Positions 24,547 to 34,048 of a DNA stretch of 34,503 bases are shown one piece after another. Source of the DNA: Candidatus Nanohaloarchaea archaeon (GTDB lineage Archaea > Nanohalarchaeota > Nanosalinia > Nanosalinales > Nanosalinaceae); NCBI GenBank assembly GCA_041639695.1, contig JBEQBQ010000009.1:8209-42711 (forward strand), given 5' to 3'. The stretch's first letter is position 1. Each line of letters opens with the position of its first letter. The notes under the pieces were generated by a model. That model had not been told where the DNA came from, made no database searches, and was given only the letters and a program-made list of their open reading frames with translations. The translations under genes were made by a program, and so were the position numbers.

Positions 24547-25509
24547 ATGAAGGTGGCTCATCCGGGCGATCCCGAAAGCTTAGATGGCGGGATTAAAACG
24601 GCAATGAAGCATCAGAGGAAGGTCCTCGATTCTCTGGATGTATCTTGGACGGCAGAGTTCGATATGGAGGCAGATATTCTACATGTAAATGTTCCGTCTC
24701 CAAAGGCCCTTTACTACATAAGAAAAGCCAAGAAGAATGGTTTAAAGACTGTTTTTCATGCACATGAAATCGGAGAGAACTTTGAGGGAAGTTTCCGCTT
24801 TTCAAGCAAGCTTAGACCTATAGTTGAGCGTTATATAAACTATGTCTGTGGGCGGGTGGACCTGGTTATCACGCCTAGTCCGTACGCGGCAAATGATCTG
24901 AGGCAGAGAACGGATACAGAAGTTAGAACAGTTACTAACGGGATCGACACAGCTAGATTTGAAGATGTGGAAACTAACTACGAGAGCTTTGAGCGTGCTA
25001 TAAACCTTTCACTGGTTTTTGAGAGAAAAGGGTTGTCCGATTTTATTGAAACTGCTGAGAAAACAGAGAGGGTGGATTTTAAGTGGTATGGTAAAAGTTA
25101 CAGCAGTTTTCTTTTGAGTGGGAAAATAAAAAGACAAATAGAGGATTCTCCGGATAATGTAGATTTTCCCGGTTACATAGAATCGGCTGCTGAAGGTTTT
25201 AATAGCGCAGATGCGTTCTTGTTCCCAACAAAGAGCGAAACTTTCGGCTTATCAGTCTTTGAAGCAGCTTATTGCGGATTACCGCCAGTTATACGTGATA
25301 TACCCATATATAAGGATTGGTTCACTGATGGAGAGAACTGCCTTAAGGCACGTAGCCCGGAAGGATTCTCTAAAGCATTAAGGGAACTTAAGGAGGATAG
25401 AGAGTTAAGGGAAAAGATCGGTCAGAATGCTAAGGCCCTAGCAGAAGAGCACACTTTAGATGCTCTAGCAGACCAACTGAACTCATTATATAAAGATTTG
25501 GATAATTAG
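24547..25509 (+). CDS. glycosyltransferase family 4 (CpoA/DGS-like)
   Basis: GGI.TA..HQ, HAH...ENF.GSF.FS, NGID, RKG, FLFPTKSETFGLSVFEAA. Start at MKVAH (24547). Confidence 0.9.
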   Translation: MKVAHPGDPESLDGGIKTAMKHQRKVLDSLDVSWTAEFDMEADILHVNVPSPKALYYIRKAKKNGLKTVFHAHEIGENFEGSFRFSSKLRPIVERYINYVCGRVDLVITPSPYAANDLRQRTDTEVRTVTNGIDTARFEDVETNYESFERAINLSLVFERKGLSDFIETAEKTERVDFKWYGKSYSSFLLSGKIKRQIEDSPDNVDFPGYIESAAEGFNSADAFLFPTKSETFGLSVFEAAYCGLPPVIRDIPIYKDWFTDGENCLKARSPEGFSKALRELKEDRELREKIGQNAKALAEEHTLDALADQLNSLYKDLDN

Positions 25510-25547
25510 CCGGCATTATTAAACCTTGAACATATAATTTAATCGCA

Positions 25548-26633
25548 GTGAGTGGCTTGAAAATAGGATTTTTTACAGAATCGTACTTTCCAGAGATCGA
25601 TGGAGTCACCTACACCCTCAAGAACTGGAAAGAAAAACTTGAGGACCGAGGTTACGAGGTAACCATAGTCTACCCTGGAAACCCGGAATATGAACCAGAG
25701 GAGAACGAAATACCTGTACGATCAATACCCAATCCCTTCTACAGCGGCTATAGGATTCCGTTACCTCAAAGAATGAAGGACTTACCTGACTTTGATTTGA
25801 TTCACTGTCACGGTCCGGCGACTGTCGGAAGAATGGGGAAATTTTATGCTAAGAGAAATGATATTCCAGTAGTTTACACTCATCATACTCCACTAGAGGA
25901 TTACTTCGAGCAGAGCGTGGGACGGATGGCTGCTAATGTTTTGAAGAGGATTTACTTGCCTGTGGAGAACTATTTTCTGAAAGGTTTTGATACCGTAACA
26001 GCTTCCACGGATATCGATAGAGAAGTTAAGGCCGAACGTCTTCCAGTGGGTCTTGACACTGAGTTCTTCTATCCGCGTCAGGGCGATATGTTCGATGATT
26101 TAGAAGAACCTGTTATAGGTTATAGCGGCAGATTGAGTATCGAAAAAAATGTTGAGAAAATAATAGAGCTCACGGAAGACTTTGAGGGCACGCTAGTGGT
26201 CGTCGGAGAGGGTCCTCAGAAGCAGCAATTGGAAGAACTTGGAAACGATAACACGGTTTTCAAGGATTTTTTGCCGCGTGAACAACTACCCAAATTCTAT
26301 TCATCCATACAGGCATATGTAACTGCCTCAACTGGCGATACCCTAGGTTTAGCTCCTTTGGAAGCTAACGCTTGTGGGACGCCGGTGCTCGCTCCCGATG
26401 TACATCCTTTCGAGGAAACAATAGGTGATCAGAATGGAAGAAGATATGAGTTTGATAATCAACAGGAGTTCAAATCCAAGCTAGAGAGTTGTCTAACCTC
26501 AAATCTTCATACAAGAGATGCTGTGAAGGAGTATTCCTTGGATAAGGCGGTAAGTAGATTACTCGAAATTTACAAAGATTTAGGGGTCGGCAAAAGGGAA
26601 ATAAATCATGAGCGACAACGTTACAGCGTTTAA
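25548..26633 (+). CDS. glycosyltransferase family 4 (MGS/LafA-like)
   Basis: KIGFFTESYFPEIDGV, VYTHHT..EDY, GRLS.EKN, DTLGLAPLEANACGTPV. Confidence 0.9.
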   Translation: MSGLKIGFFTESYFPEIDGVTYTLKNWKEKLEDRGYEVTIVYPGNPEYEPEENEIPVRSIPNPFYSGYRIPLPQRMKDLPDFDLIHCHGPATVGRMGKFYAKRNDIPVVYTHHTPLEDYFEQSVGRMAANVLKRIYLPVENYFLKGFDTVTASTDIDREVKAERLPVGLDTEFFYPRQGDMFDDLEEPVIGYSGRLSIEKNVEKIIELTEDFEGTLVVVGEGPQKQQLEELGNDNTVFKDFLPREQLPKFYSSIQAYVTASTGDTLGLAPLEANACGTPVLAPDVHPFEETIGDQNGRRYEFDNQQEFKSKLESCLTSNLHTRDAVKEYSLDKAVSRLLEIYKDLGVGKREINHERQRYSV

Positions 26634-28257
26634 AGCCATAATATTTGGGATACCTCGCCTTAAGTTTAGTCTAGGCGTAATGATATTCTCTGGTCCGATT
26701 TTCGCTATGTTCTTCTACGGCCTTCTGGGAGTTCTTACAACTATTGAAGTAGGGTTCTTCACAGTGCTTGTGCCGATTCTGGCGCTTTTGGGTGCATCTT
26801 TAGCCTCCGGAGAGCTTTTCCACAGGTTTTTACCAGAGTATCCTCGTAAGTGGAGCTACTTTCTTTCGCTATCCAATCTCCTGATTATGTATCTCTACGG
26901 CTTAATCCTTTTGATGACCAATAGCTTTGAACCAGCGTGGAATGTGTTCTGGCTTGGTCTCGTAACCATTTTTCTCTCAAACTTACTTGTTCTGATGCTT
27001 ACATTAGGTTACCAAAGAATAGGAAGGATCCTTCCTCTAAGCTTTGTACAGCCTGTCAGTGTTCTACTGCTGTTTCACTTTTTCCTTGGAGGTCCGCTGG
27101 AGATCTCCTTAGGGTCATACTTGCTAAACTTTGGGGTTATTGTGCTGGCCGGGCTTTTGATTCTTCTAATCTTCGGGCTGTTCGAATATCTTCTCAGAGC
27201 AAACAGCTCCGGAATATCAATACTTAAACTAACTTCAGGGCTTCTGCAAAAGAAGCAGGAGGCTCTAGATCTTGGTTATCCTTCTAAGCCGGATGTACAG
27301 ACCCTTGAGATCGATAACGGACAGAATTATCGTATTGCTGTGCCTTGGGTTCATCCAGGCCCCCTAGAAGGGTTCGGTGGAGGAAATCTATCATCAAATA
27401 TCATTAACGAACTAAACAGGGAGGGAAAAGGTTTCTTCTTCCATGTGCCCTCAACCCATAAGTCGGATCCTGCAGACCCAAAGGACTCGAAAAAATTGCT
27501 TAAGGCTCTTGAGACGCCTGAAAAGTCTTCTAAAGCCTCCAAGATGATTGAAAGGAGTTACGGCGATATAAAATACTGCGGGAGAAGATACGGCGATAAG
27601 AAACTTGTTCTCCTTGAGGCCGAACAGTTTGGTAAGTACGACGACTTTGATGTATCGATATTTAACGAGGTAATCGATCCAGAAACCACAATAGTGGTTG
27701 ATCTACATTCGCACGATAGAAACGATTATGATGTAGAGGAATGTTGGTATGGCAGTGAGGATGCTGAACGGCTTAGAAGTTCATTTGAAAAGTTTGTAGA
27801 GGAGTTGGATGAACAACCTTTAGACAATTATTCTGCTGGTTTCGACGTTGAACATATGACCTCTCCCATGACAGCTCTAGTAGAGGAGGTCGGAGGGCAG
27901 AAAACCCTTCTGCTAGGAGTAGAAGGCAACGGTATATCGGAAAAGATGAGGCAGAAAGCAAGAGAGAAACGTAGAGACTTTGATAGAGTGATTGTCTTCT
28001 CAACCGATACTCACGCAAGCATACACGAGATGAGCTCGGAGAAAGAACTTGACGAAGAAAAAATGGATTCTCTTATCAAGAATGCAGAAGAAAGTGTTAT
28101 GGCGGCTTCTGCAGGTATTACCTCGAATGAAGCGGATGAGATGAAGATTCTCAGAGAGGATTATATGAGTCTTATTTTCTCGATAAACATTTTGATTCGG
28201 CTGATTCCTCTATCTCTTTTACTGGTTTTCCTAGGTCTTGCTGTCTGGATGCTGTAA
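26608..28257 (+). CDS. DUF2070 family membrane protein
   Basis: N-terminal TM bundle, then VHPGP..G.GG.NL, H.PSTH..DP, VD.H, STDTH motifs and a C-terminal TM. Confidence 0.82.
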   Translation: MSDNVTAFKAIIFGIPRLKFSLGVMIFSGPIFAMFFYGLLGVLTTIEVGFFTVLVPILALLGASLASGELFHRFLPEYPRKWSYFLSLSNLLIMYLYGLILLMTNSFEPAWNVFWLGLVTIFLSNLLVLMLTLGYQRIGRILPLSFVQPVSVLLLFHFFLGGPLEISLGSYLLNFGVIVLAGLLILLIFGLFEYLLRANSSGISILKLTSGLLQKKQEALDLGYPSKPDVQTLEIDNGQNYRIAVPWVHPGPLEGFGGGNLSSNIINELNREGKGFFFHVPSTHKSDPADPKDSKKLLKALETPEKSSKASKMIERSYGDIKYCGRRYGDKKLVLLEAEQFGKYDDFDVSIFNEVIDPETTIVVDLHSHDRNDYDVEECWYGSEDAERLRSSFEKFVEELDEQPLDNYSAGFDVEHMTSPMTALVEEVGGQKTLLLGVEGNGISEKMRQKAREKRRDFDRVIVFSTDTHASIHEMSSEKELDEEKMDSLIKNAEESVMAASAGITSNEADEMKILREDYMSLIFSINILIRLIPLSLLLVFLGLAVWML

Positions 28258-28289
28258 GCTGATAAAGATTGACTAAGAATTGGTTAAAC

Positions 28290-28604
28290 ATGGTCTCAGA
28301 GGATGATGTCAGGCAACAGTTGAAAGAGGTAATCGACCCCGACTTGGAGATAAACATAGTTGACCTAGGTCTTATATACGAGGTGAAGGCTGATGACGGC
28401 GAGGTATTCATCTTGATGACTTTAACGACTCCTGGTTGTCCTCTTCACGGCGTCTTTGATGAACTGGTTAAGAAAGAAGTTAGGAAGCTTGATGTCGATT
28501 CCGTGGAGGTTGAACTTACCTTTGAACCTCGATGGACTCCGGAAAAGATTAGTGAGGACGCTCAAGCAGATTTAGGAAATATTCCGGGAATGAACAGTTT
28601 CTGA
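28290..28604 (+). CDS. metal-sulfur cluster assembly factor (DUF59/SufT/PaaD-like)
   Basis: LKEVIDPDL.INIVDLGLIY, MTLTTPGCP, V.LTFEP.WTP. Confidence 0.92.
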   Translation: MVSEDDVRQQLKEVIDPDLEINIVDLGLIYEVKADDGEVFILMTLTTPGCPLHGVFDELVKKEVRKLDVDSVEVELTFEPRWTPEKISEDAQADLGNIPGMNSF

Positions 28605-28614
28605 CAGTGGACTT

Positions 28615-28648
28615 AGTTTCTATTGGTAAGCCAGTTTCTATAGGTAAC
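28615..28648. promoter_or_regulatory. tandem operator-like repeats upstream of the HxlR gene
   Basis: AGTTTCTATTGGTAA (28615) and AGTTTCTATAGGTAA (28633): 14/15 identical, 18-bp period, each an imperfect GTT.C-N5-G.AA[C/G] dyad. Confidence 0.6.
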
Positions 28649-28678
28649 CATAAAAGCCTAGACAAACAATTTCGACAC

Positions 28679-29020
28679 ATGACCAAGATGCACGTAGAAT
28701 GCAAAGGCGGAGATTGGTGTCCGATCACCGCAACAGCAAGCCTAATAGGCAAAAAATGGCACCCTGTCATAGTTCATAGACTGATAGAAGAGGGTCCACA
28801 TGGATTTAACTCCTTGAAAGAAGACATAGGCGGTATTTCAAGCAAAGTTCTCTCCGAAAGCCTGGAAGATCTACAGGAAAAAAATCTCGTTATCAGAGAA
28901 GTAGTCAACGAGAAACCTGTAAGAGTAGAGTATCATTTGACTGAGGCAGGAAAGTCGCTGGAACCGGTAATCGATGAGATGATGGAGTGGGGAAGAACCA
29001 ACCTAGCCAAGGCCGAATAA
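28679..29020 (+). CDS. HxlR/DUF24 family winged-helix transcriptional regulator
   Basis: CPI.....LIGKKW, GFN.L...I.GISSKVLS.SL..L, RVEY.LT..G.SL.PVI..M.EWG. Start at MTKMH (28679). Confidence 0.92.
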   Translation: MTKMHVECKGGDWCPITATASLIGKKWHPVIVHRLIEEGPHGFNSLKEDIGGISSKVLSESLEDLQEKNLVIREVVNEKPVRVEYHLTEAGKSLEPVIDEMMEWGRTNLAKAE

Positions 29021-29095
29021 CATAATCAAAGGGTTGTCTTCCACCGGAGTCCTATTTTTATCTGTCTGAAGCTGTACTAACCCCGGTGATACAGC

Positions 29096-29608
29096 ATGAC
29101 AGCAGAAATGGGTACCTTACGCGAACTATTCTTGCACGATCTCAAATCTATTTACCACGTCGAAATGAAGCTGGAAGACGAGATAGGTCAGATGGCGGGT
29201 GAGATAACTGACGATGGGCTTAGACAGAACCTTGAATCACACCTGGAGGAAACCATTAGACAGAGACAGAGAATCGAGGAAATATTTGATGAAATTGGCG
29301 AAGTCGCAGGAGAACACGAGACTCCGGCTTTCAAGGGATTAACAGACGAGATCGAACACCTTAACTCTGACATCGTCGAAGAAGAGCTGATCAATATAGC
29401 CTATCTCTTTGAGGCAAAGAAAGTAGAAAGACTTGAAATCACTATCTATGAACGTCTTTTGATGCTTGCCCGGAAACTGGAGATGCAAGACGAAGTAATA
29501 GACAGGTTAGAAGAAAATCTTGATGAAGAAGAAAATGCTCTAGACGACTTAGAAGACGTCAAAGAGGCCAAAGGGATGCAGGGAGTCATCGAACGGCTCC
29601 TCTCCTAA
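29096..29608 (+). CDS. DUF892 (YciE/YciF) ferritin-like protein
   Basis: LRELF.H.L..IY..E, HLEET..Q..RIE.IF, KVE..EI..Y..L, L..NL.EEE. Confidence 0.88.
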   Translation: MTAEMGTLRELFLHDLKSIYHVEMKLEDEIGQMAGEITDDGLRQNLESHLEETIRQRQRIEEIFDEIGEVAGEHETPAFKGLTDEIEHLNSDIVEEELINIAYLFEAKKVERLEITIYERLLMLARKLEMQDEVIDRLEENLDEEENALDDLEDVKEAKGMQGVIERLLS

Positions 29609-29651
29609 TTCTGTTCTATAGATAAAAAATCCGATCTAGAAAAAACGATGC

Positions 29652-30083
29652 ATGCAGCTAGAAAACCTTGAACTTGAAAAAGGCGACAAAGTCCTGTACA
29701 ACGACAGGAAACAACCTCTCGAAATTGAGAAAGTTGAAGACGATAGAGTACTGGTGAAAGGCAGCGGAGGCGGCGAATACGAAGTCTACGAGGCAGAAGA
29801 TACAGACGATCTTCTAGTATGTTCAAGAGGAGAAAGACGCTACTCATCATACTGCAGAGACCTCAGGAAAGTAGGAAAGTGGACGAAAAACGGTGACAAA
29901 TGGAAGCATACAACAGGTTCAAGCCTAGAGCTGGTGAAAAACGAGATGGGTTACTGGACCGTCAAATCTGAAAGTTTAGAAGTTGAAAGAGAGATAGATC
30001 TGCCGAAGTATGGTTATAGTGACAAGGAGGAAGCGGAAAAAGATCTTAAGAAAATAGTAAGGAAGTATCCGGAAGGTTTCTAG
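29652..30083 (+). CDS. hypothetical protein
   Basis: 143-aa charged ORF with LEKGDKVLYNDR..PL SH3-like start; fills the gap up to the convergent permease. Confidence 0.7.
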   Translation: MQLENLELEKGDKVLYNDRKQPLEIEKVEDDRVLVKGSGGGEYEVYEAEDTDDLLVCSRGERRYSSYCRDLRKVGKWTKNGDKWKHTTGSSLELVKNEMGYWTVKSESLEVEREIDLPKYGYSDKEEAEKDLKKIVRKYPEGF

Positions 30084-31099
30084 AGATCTTGTCTCATGAA
30101 AGCAGCATAAGATGCTGTAAACATCAGCAGTGTCTGACTCAACAGATAGACTAGATATCCGATCGAGGACATCAAGCTTTCGCGCATCGTAGGCTCGACA
30201 CCTTGCTCGTTATAACTTGTACCAAGCATCGTCCCGACATAATTACTGTAACTGGTTGAAGGCGAAAGCCTTGAAACTATCTTCTTGAAGTTCTCCCTTT
30301 TCTGCTCAACTTCCTTGCGTTTTTCCTCTCTATCAGTAGTCGTGTCTCCTATCGAGACAGAACCTGAACTTACAGAGGTTCCGGAAACTGCAACATCTCT
30401 CTCCACCGGGATTCCCGGACCTCCACCTCCCGAGCGGGATTCGTCAAATGTGTAGACGTGCTGTGCCGCTATGTTTGCAACGAAAGGTGTTGCCAGAAAG
30501 GCCAGAAGGAAACCTGCTGAGGCTAGAAGAGAGCGCCAGCTAGACCTGAAAACTGTGGAGAAAAGTGTTCCCAAAGCCAGGAAAAATCCCACATAGACAA
30601 TTGTACCGAACCACATGAAACTGAGGCGTGAAAGACCTTCTATCGTAGGTAAAACCCCTGTCATGTAAATCGCAAGGCCTCCGGATATCGTGAAAGCCAT
30701 TAGAGACGCAAAGGACAAAGTGAAAAGCCCGGCAATAAACTTGCCGTTAATAACTTCATCCCTATAGATAGGGTAGGATAACAGTAGTTCTATAGTGCCG
30801 TCCTCTCTTTCCTTAGATACTGCATCATAGCTCAGTAAAAGAGCTAAAAGTGCAGCAGCCAGAGGCATGTTAAGCTTCATCATAGGTGCAAAAACATCGA
30901 TAAGCGAAGGTTTCTCCGGAGCAGGACCGTACACAGAACCTGAACGGAAGTCTTCCATCTGTTGCTGGTAATCATTTACTCCCATGTAGACCGAACCTAG
31001 GGAGAATACGAGGAATAGGCCTAGAACCAGTAAAAACTTTCTGGAAGAGAAGCTGTCCCTGACCTGTTTAGCGCCTATATCCCATAGAGAACCCATCAT
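30080..31099 (-). CDS. ABC-2 type transporter permease
   Basis: YDAVSKEREDGTIELLLSYPIYRDEVINGKF; about 6 TM segments; F.RQDL C-terminus. Confidence 0.92.
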   Translation of the reverse strand: MMGSLWDIGAKQVRDSFSSRKFLLVLGLFLVFSLGSVYMGVNDYQQQMEDFRSGSVYGPAPEKPSLIDVFAPMMKLNMPLAAALLALLLSYDAVSKEREDGTIELLLSYPIYRDEVINGKFIAGLFTLSFASLMAFTISGGLAIYMTGVLPTIEGLSRLSFMWFGTIVYVGFFLALGTLFSTVFRSSWRSLLASAGFLLAFLATPFVANIAAQHVYTFDESRSGGGGPGIPVERDVAVSGTSVSSGSVSIGDTTTDREEKRKEVEQKRENFKKIVSRLSPSTSYSNYVGTMLGTSYNEQGVEPTMRESLMSSIGYLVYLLSQTLLMFTASYAAFMRQDL

Positions 31100-31996
31100 T
31101 TACGCACCTCCTGTAAGCTTCAGGTAAGCGGTTTCAAGGGTTTCCTCTTCCAGATCAAATCTTGTAACCGAGATATCATTCTGATTCAGAAGATCGAAGA
31201 CCTCAGACCTTTGACCTTCCTCAATTTCAAGTATGTACGCATTTCTCTTGGATCTATAACTGTAGTCGGTAGATTCAAGAACCTCTTCGAGTTTTTTGGA
31301 GTTATCTGCCTCAACATGGAGGTTTATGCCTTTCCCGGTCTCTGAGCTTAGCTCTGCTTTGGTTCCTGAGGCAACTATCTCTCCATCAAAAAGAACACCA
31401 AAACGATCACATAAAGGCTCGATCTCTGTGGTTATGTGGGATGAGATAATCACGGTCTTTCCTTTCTCCTCGTTGATTTTTTCTACGTGTCTCCGAAAAT
31501 TCCTTTTCCCCTCCGGATCAAGGCCGGTAGTAGGTTCATCGTAGATTATGATCTCTGGATCCTTTATCAGGGACTGGGCTATACCCAGCCTTTTCTTCAT
31601 GCCTGTAGAGAAACCTTTAACTTTTCTTTCCGCATCTTCTGAAAGACCTACCAGCTCAAGCAGCTCATCTATTTCTGGTTTAGTATTCGCAAGTTCAGCA
31701 AAAAACTCTAGGTTCTGCCTAGCTGTCATCGATTCATAGAAGCTTATGTCTGAAGGCAAGTAACCGATTTTCTTCTTAATTTCCTTTCCGCGGTCGTGTT
31801 TCTCTCCCTGTATCCTAATTTCTCCTGCATCTTGTTTCAGTAGTCCTAAGACTGTCTGGAAGAGCGTTGTCTTTCCGACACCGTTCGGTCCTAATAAGCC
31901 AAAGATTTCGCCTTCACTTACTTCGAAGCTTACTCCCTTCAGGACCTCGTGGCTACCATAACTTTTTTCGACGCCTTTCAACTCTACAGCAGACAT
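31100..31996 (-). CDS. ABC transporter ATP-binding protein
   Basis: GPNGVGKTT Walker A, FSTGMKKRL signature, IIYDEPTTGLDP Walker B, SSH switch. ATG at 31996. Confidence 0.95.
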   Translation of the reverse strand: MSAVELKGVEKSYGSHEVLKGVSFEVSEGEIFGLLGPNGVGKTTLFQTVLGLLKQDAGEIRIQGEKHDRGKEIKKKIGYLPSDISFYESMTARQNLEFFAELANTKPEIDELLELVGLSEDAERKVKGFSTGMKKRLGIAQSLIKDPEIIIYDEPTTGLDPEGKRNFRRHVEKINEEKGKTVIISSHITTEIEPLCDRFGVLFDGEIVASGTKAELSSETGKGINLHVEADNSKKLEEVLESTDYSYRSKRNAYILEIEEGQRSEVFDLLNQNDISVTRFDLEEETLETAYLKLTGGA

Positions 31997-32001
31997 TTTA
32001 T

Positions 32002-33099
32002 TCACCTCCTCTGGAACTTCCTGTACACGAAGGCCATCAGTAATAGGCTGAACGCCATGATTCCGATCCCTATCTTCCCGAGACCGCTTTTACCTCTGAT
32101 ATGTATCCTGATCTGCTTAGGTTCATCAATCGAAGTCTTATCCGAGAATGCGTTCACCTCTGCAAAGTAGTCGCCTGGCTCTACGGTCTGAGGCACTTCT
32201 ATTGAAACTCTAACCCGTTCGTTACCGTACCTTGCTCTAAGATTGTCAATTATTGAGGGTCTAACGTTACCGCTCCAGGAATCAGGGGTTTCCGCTGTAA
32301 CGTTTACGTTGTTGACTTCGGCGTCTCCACGGCTTGTAACCCTTAAGCTTGCAGTGATGGTCTCTCCGGGTTCGCCTACCTTGTAACGTTCATCAAGATC
32401 CAGTTCTAGTCTCCTATTCTTTTTCTCTCCTCTAACTTCTATTGTCACGTTCTCGGTAGAGCGAGTCTTGCCTTCTGCCACAAAAGTAATGTTGTGTAAG
32501 CCTTTGCGGGCTCTTTCCGGTACTTCAACCTGTGCATCTAGAGTTTTTGATGTTCTGGTTGCCACATCGATCTCGGTAATGTTGAAGTCTGTGTGGCTGA
32601 ATGAGACAGGTAGTGACGAGTTTGCTGAAAGCTCAAAGGTTTGATTGGTTGCGCCCGTGTTCTTGAGTTCGAGCGGGACGACCACAGTTTCATCACGGGA
32701 TGCAATCATCTTTTCAGGAGCATCGCTTACTAGTTTAGACCCGGAGAAAATGTTTTGGTCGGAATAAACTGTTGTGTTTAGGTAAAGTCCCTTTGAGTCG
32801 CTTTGAATATTCCTGACAAAAAGCCTCAGGTCGTGATCCTTGATCGAAATATTGAAGGGTGTTGAGCCGTAAATCATTTCGCTTTCGACTTGTCTCAAAA
32901 TCTGCGTGGTTCTATCCTTCTCATACTTTACTTCAAGATATTCCTGCCCGTCTTCAGAAAAACCAATTATATAGTTATCCAGCTTCTGTACTTCTCCTGA
33001 GTGAAGCTTCATGTCGTGGCTGTAATCTAGGGTTTGAGCTGATGCGGCCGGTAGTGAAAGACTCAAGAGCAAGGTAGCAAGTAAAGCTTTCAACTTCAT
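32002..33099 (-). CDS. secreted, membrane-anchored COG1470/NEW3-domain protein
   Basis: Sec signal (PAASA|Q), Ig-like repeats (LKNTG...F.LSA; V.VP..A..G; P..WS..V.P; VP..V.PGDY), C-terminal TM ending in RKFQRR. Confidence 0.8.
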   Translation of the reverse strand: MKLKALLATLLLSLSLPAASAQTLDYSHDMKLHSGEVQKLDNYIIGFSEDGQEYLEVKYEKDRTTQILRQVESEMIYGSTPFNISIKDHDLRLFVRNIQSDSKGLYLNTTVYSDQNIFSGSKLVSDAPEKMIASRDETVVVPLELKNTGATNQTFELSANSSLPVSFSHTDFNITEIDVATRTSKTLDAQVEVPERARKGLHNITFVAEGKTRSTENVTIEVRGEKKNRRLELDLDERYKVGEPGETITASLRVTSRGDAEVNNVNVTAETPDSWSGNVRPSIIDNLRARYGNERVRVSIEVPQTVEPGDYFAEVNAFSDKTSIDEPKQIRIHIRGKSGLGKIGIGIMAFSLLLMAFVYRKFQRR

Positions 33100-33142
33100 G
33101 GAACTGGTTCAAACCTGCGATGCTTTTGAAGGTTAGATTGTT

Positions 33143-33186
33143 GTTCGATAAAAGTCGAACCACATTTTGTTTGAACGTTTTCGAAC
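33143..33186. promoter_or_regulatory. two GTTYGA-N6-TCGAAC palindromes in a divergent promoter region
   Basis: GTTCGA-TAAAAG-TCGAAC (33143-33160) and GTTTGA-ACGTTT-TCGAAC (33169-33186). Confidence 0.6.
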
Positions 33187-33229
33187 GAAGACAGGCCGTT
33201 TTAAATCCTGTCATGTCGAATCTGAGGAT

Positions 33230-33799
33230 ATGAGAAAACACATCTTAATCAGTTTGATAGCGTTTGCATTACTGGTGTCGGCCGGTGCTGTGGTAAAAGA
33301 AGACGGGACAAGTCCCTCGAATAATGCAGGTGAGGGACAGTTGGGAATTACATCTGCTTCCGGGAGCTCCGCATCAGCCACGACCTCGGTAGGGGCTAAC
33401 AGAACAGAGTATTCTGTCTCGGTAACTCCGGTCAACCAGACATCGAACATTACCGATGAGAAGGTGCTGGAGGTCTCCGAGTTCCCTCAGGGCGTAAGAT
33501 TTAATGGCATATTGAAGTCACCAACCCCCTGCCACACCTTGAATCATGACGTGGAGAAGAACGGTTCGCAGATCGATCTAAGGATCTACCTAGAGTCTAG
33601 CAACGAAACATGCACCCAGCAAATGGTTATGAAAGAGTATCAAGCTGAGGTTGAGTCCGGCAACTACTTCGAACTCAACATCTACCACGGGGACTCAAAC
33701 CAGACGATGGAAGAAGTAATTTACGGGGAGAAACAGGAAGACACTAACGAGGAAAAGAAAGAAGGGCTGCTCGAGTGGATACTCGGACTCTTTCTCTAA
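33230..33799 (+). CDS. secreted/surface hypothetical protein
   Basis: Signal peptide MRKHILISLIAFALLVSAGA, S/T/G linker, PTPCH...CTQ cysteine pair, amphipathic GLLEWILGLFL tail. ATG at 33230. Confidence 0.75.
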   Translation: MRKHILISLIAFALLVSAGAVVKEDGTSPSNNAGEGQLGITSASGSSASATTSVGANRTEYSVSVTPVNQTSNITDEKVLEVSEFPQGVRFNGILKSPTPCHTLNHDVEKNGSQIDLRIYLESSNETCTQQMVMKEYQAEVESGNYFELNIYHGDSNQTMEEVIYGEKQEDTNEEKKEGLLEWILGLFL

Positions 33800-33805
33800 C
33801 TTCTC

Positions 33806-34048
33806 CTATTTTTCTATTCTAAGTTTTTTCCTAGAACTTGAAAACACTGCTACGGATACGAGTGCAGATGAAGCTATGAAACCTGCTCCTAGAATACTAC
33901 TTCCTTTGAAAAGTTGGAATATGCCGATTGCTGTAGCTCCTTCGATAAATAGGCAAGAGACTGTAAAAACAAACTCGTCAAACCATTCTGGCTTCATAGA
34001 ATACCTAAACGCATAGTTGTCTAAAAATCTTTCTCCAGCTAGGTTCAA
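33806..34048 (-). CDS. small membrane protein
   Basis: Two hydrophobic segments and a basic tail; start uncertain. Confidence 0.5.
   Translation of the reverse strand: MNLAGERFLDNYAFRYSMKPEWFDEFVFTVSCLFIEGATAIGIFQLFKGSSILGAGFIASSALVSVAVFSSSRKKLRIEK

Noticed and set aside
24490-24561. Overlapping N-terminal extensions of the divergent GT2 and GT4 in the ORF track
   Set aside because: Family-typical starts at 24489 and 24547 leave a 57-bp divergent promoter containing TTTTATAAAA.
706-33450. Numerous other 60-130 aa ORFs overlapping identified genes (e.g. 7046-7378, 9089-9490, 13439-13837, 14063-14365, 17709-18053, 20599-20991)
   Set aside because: Overlap well-supported genes in another frame or strand and lack the acidic composition or any motif.
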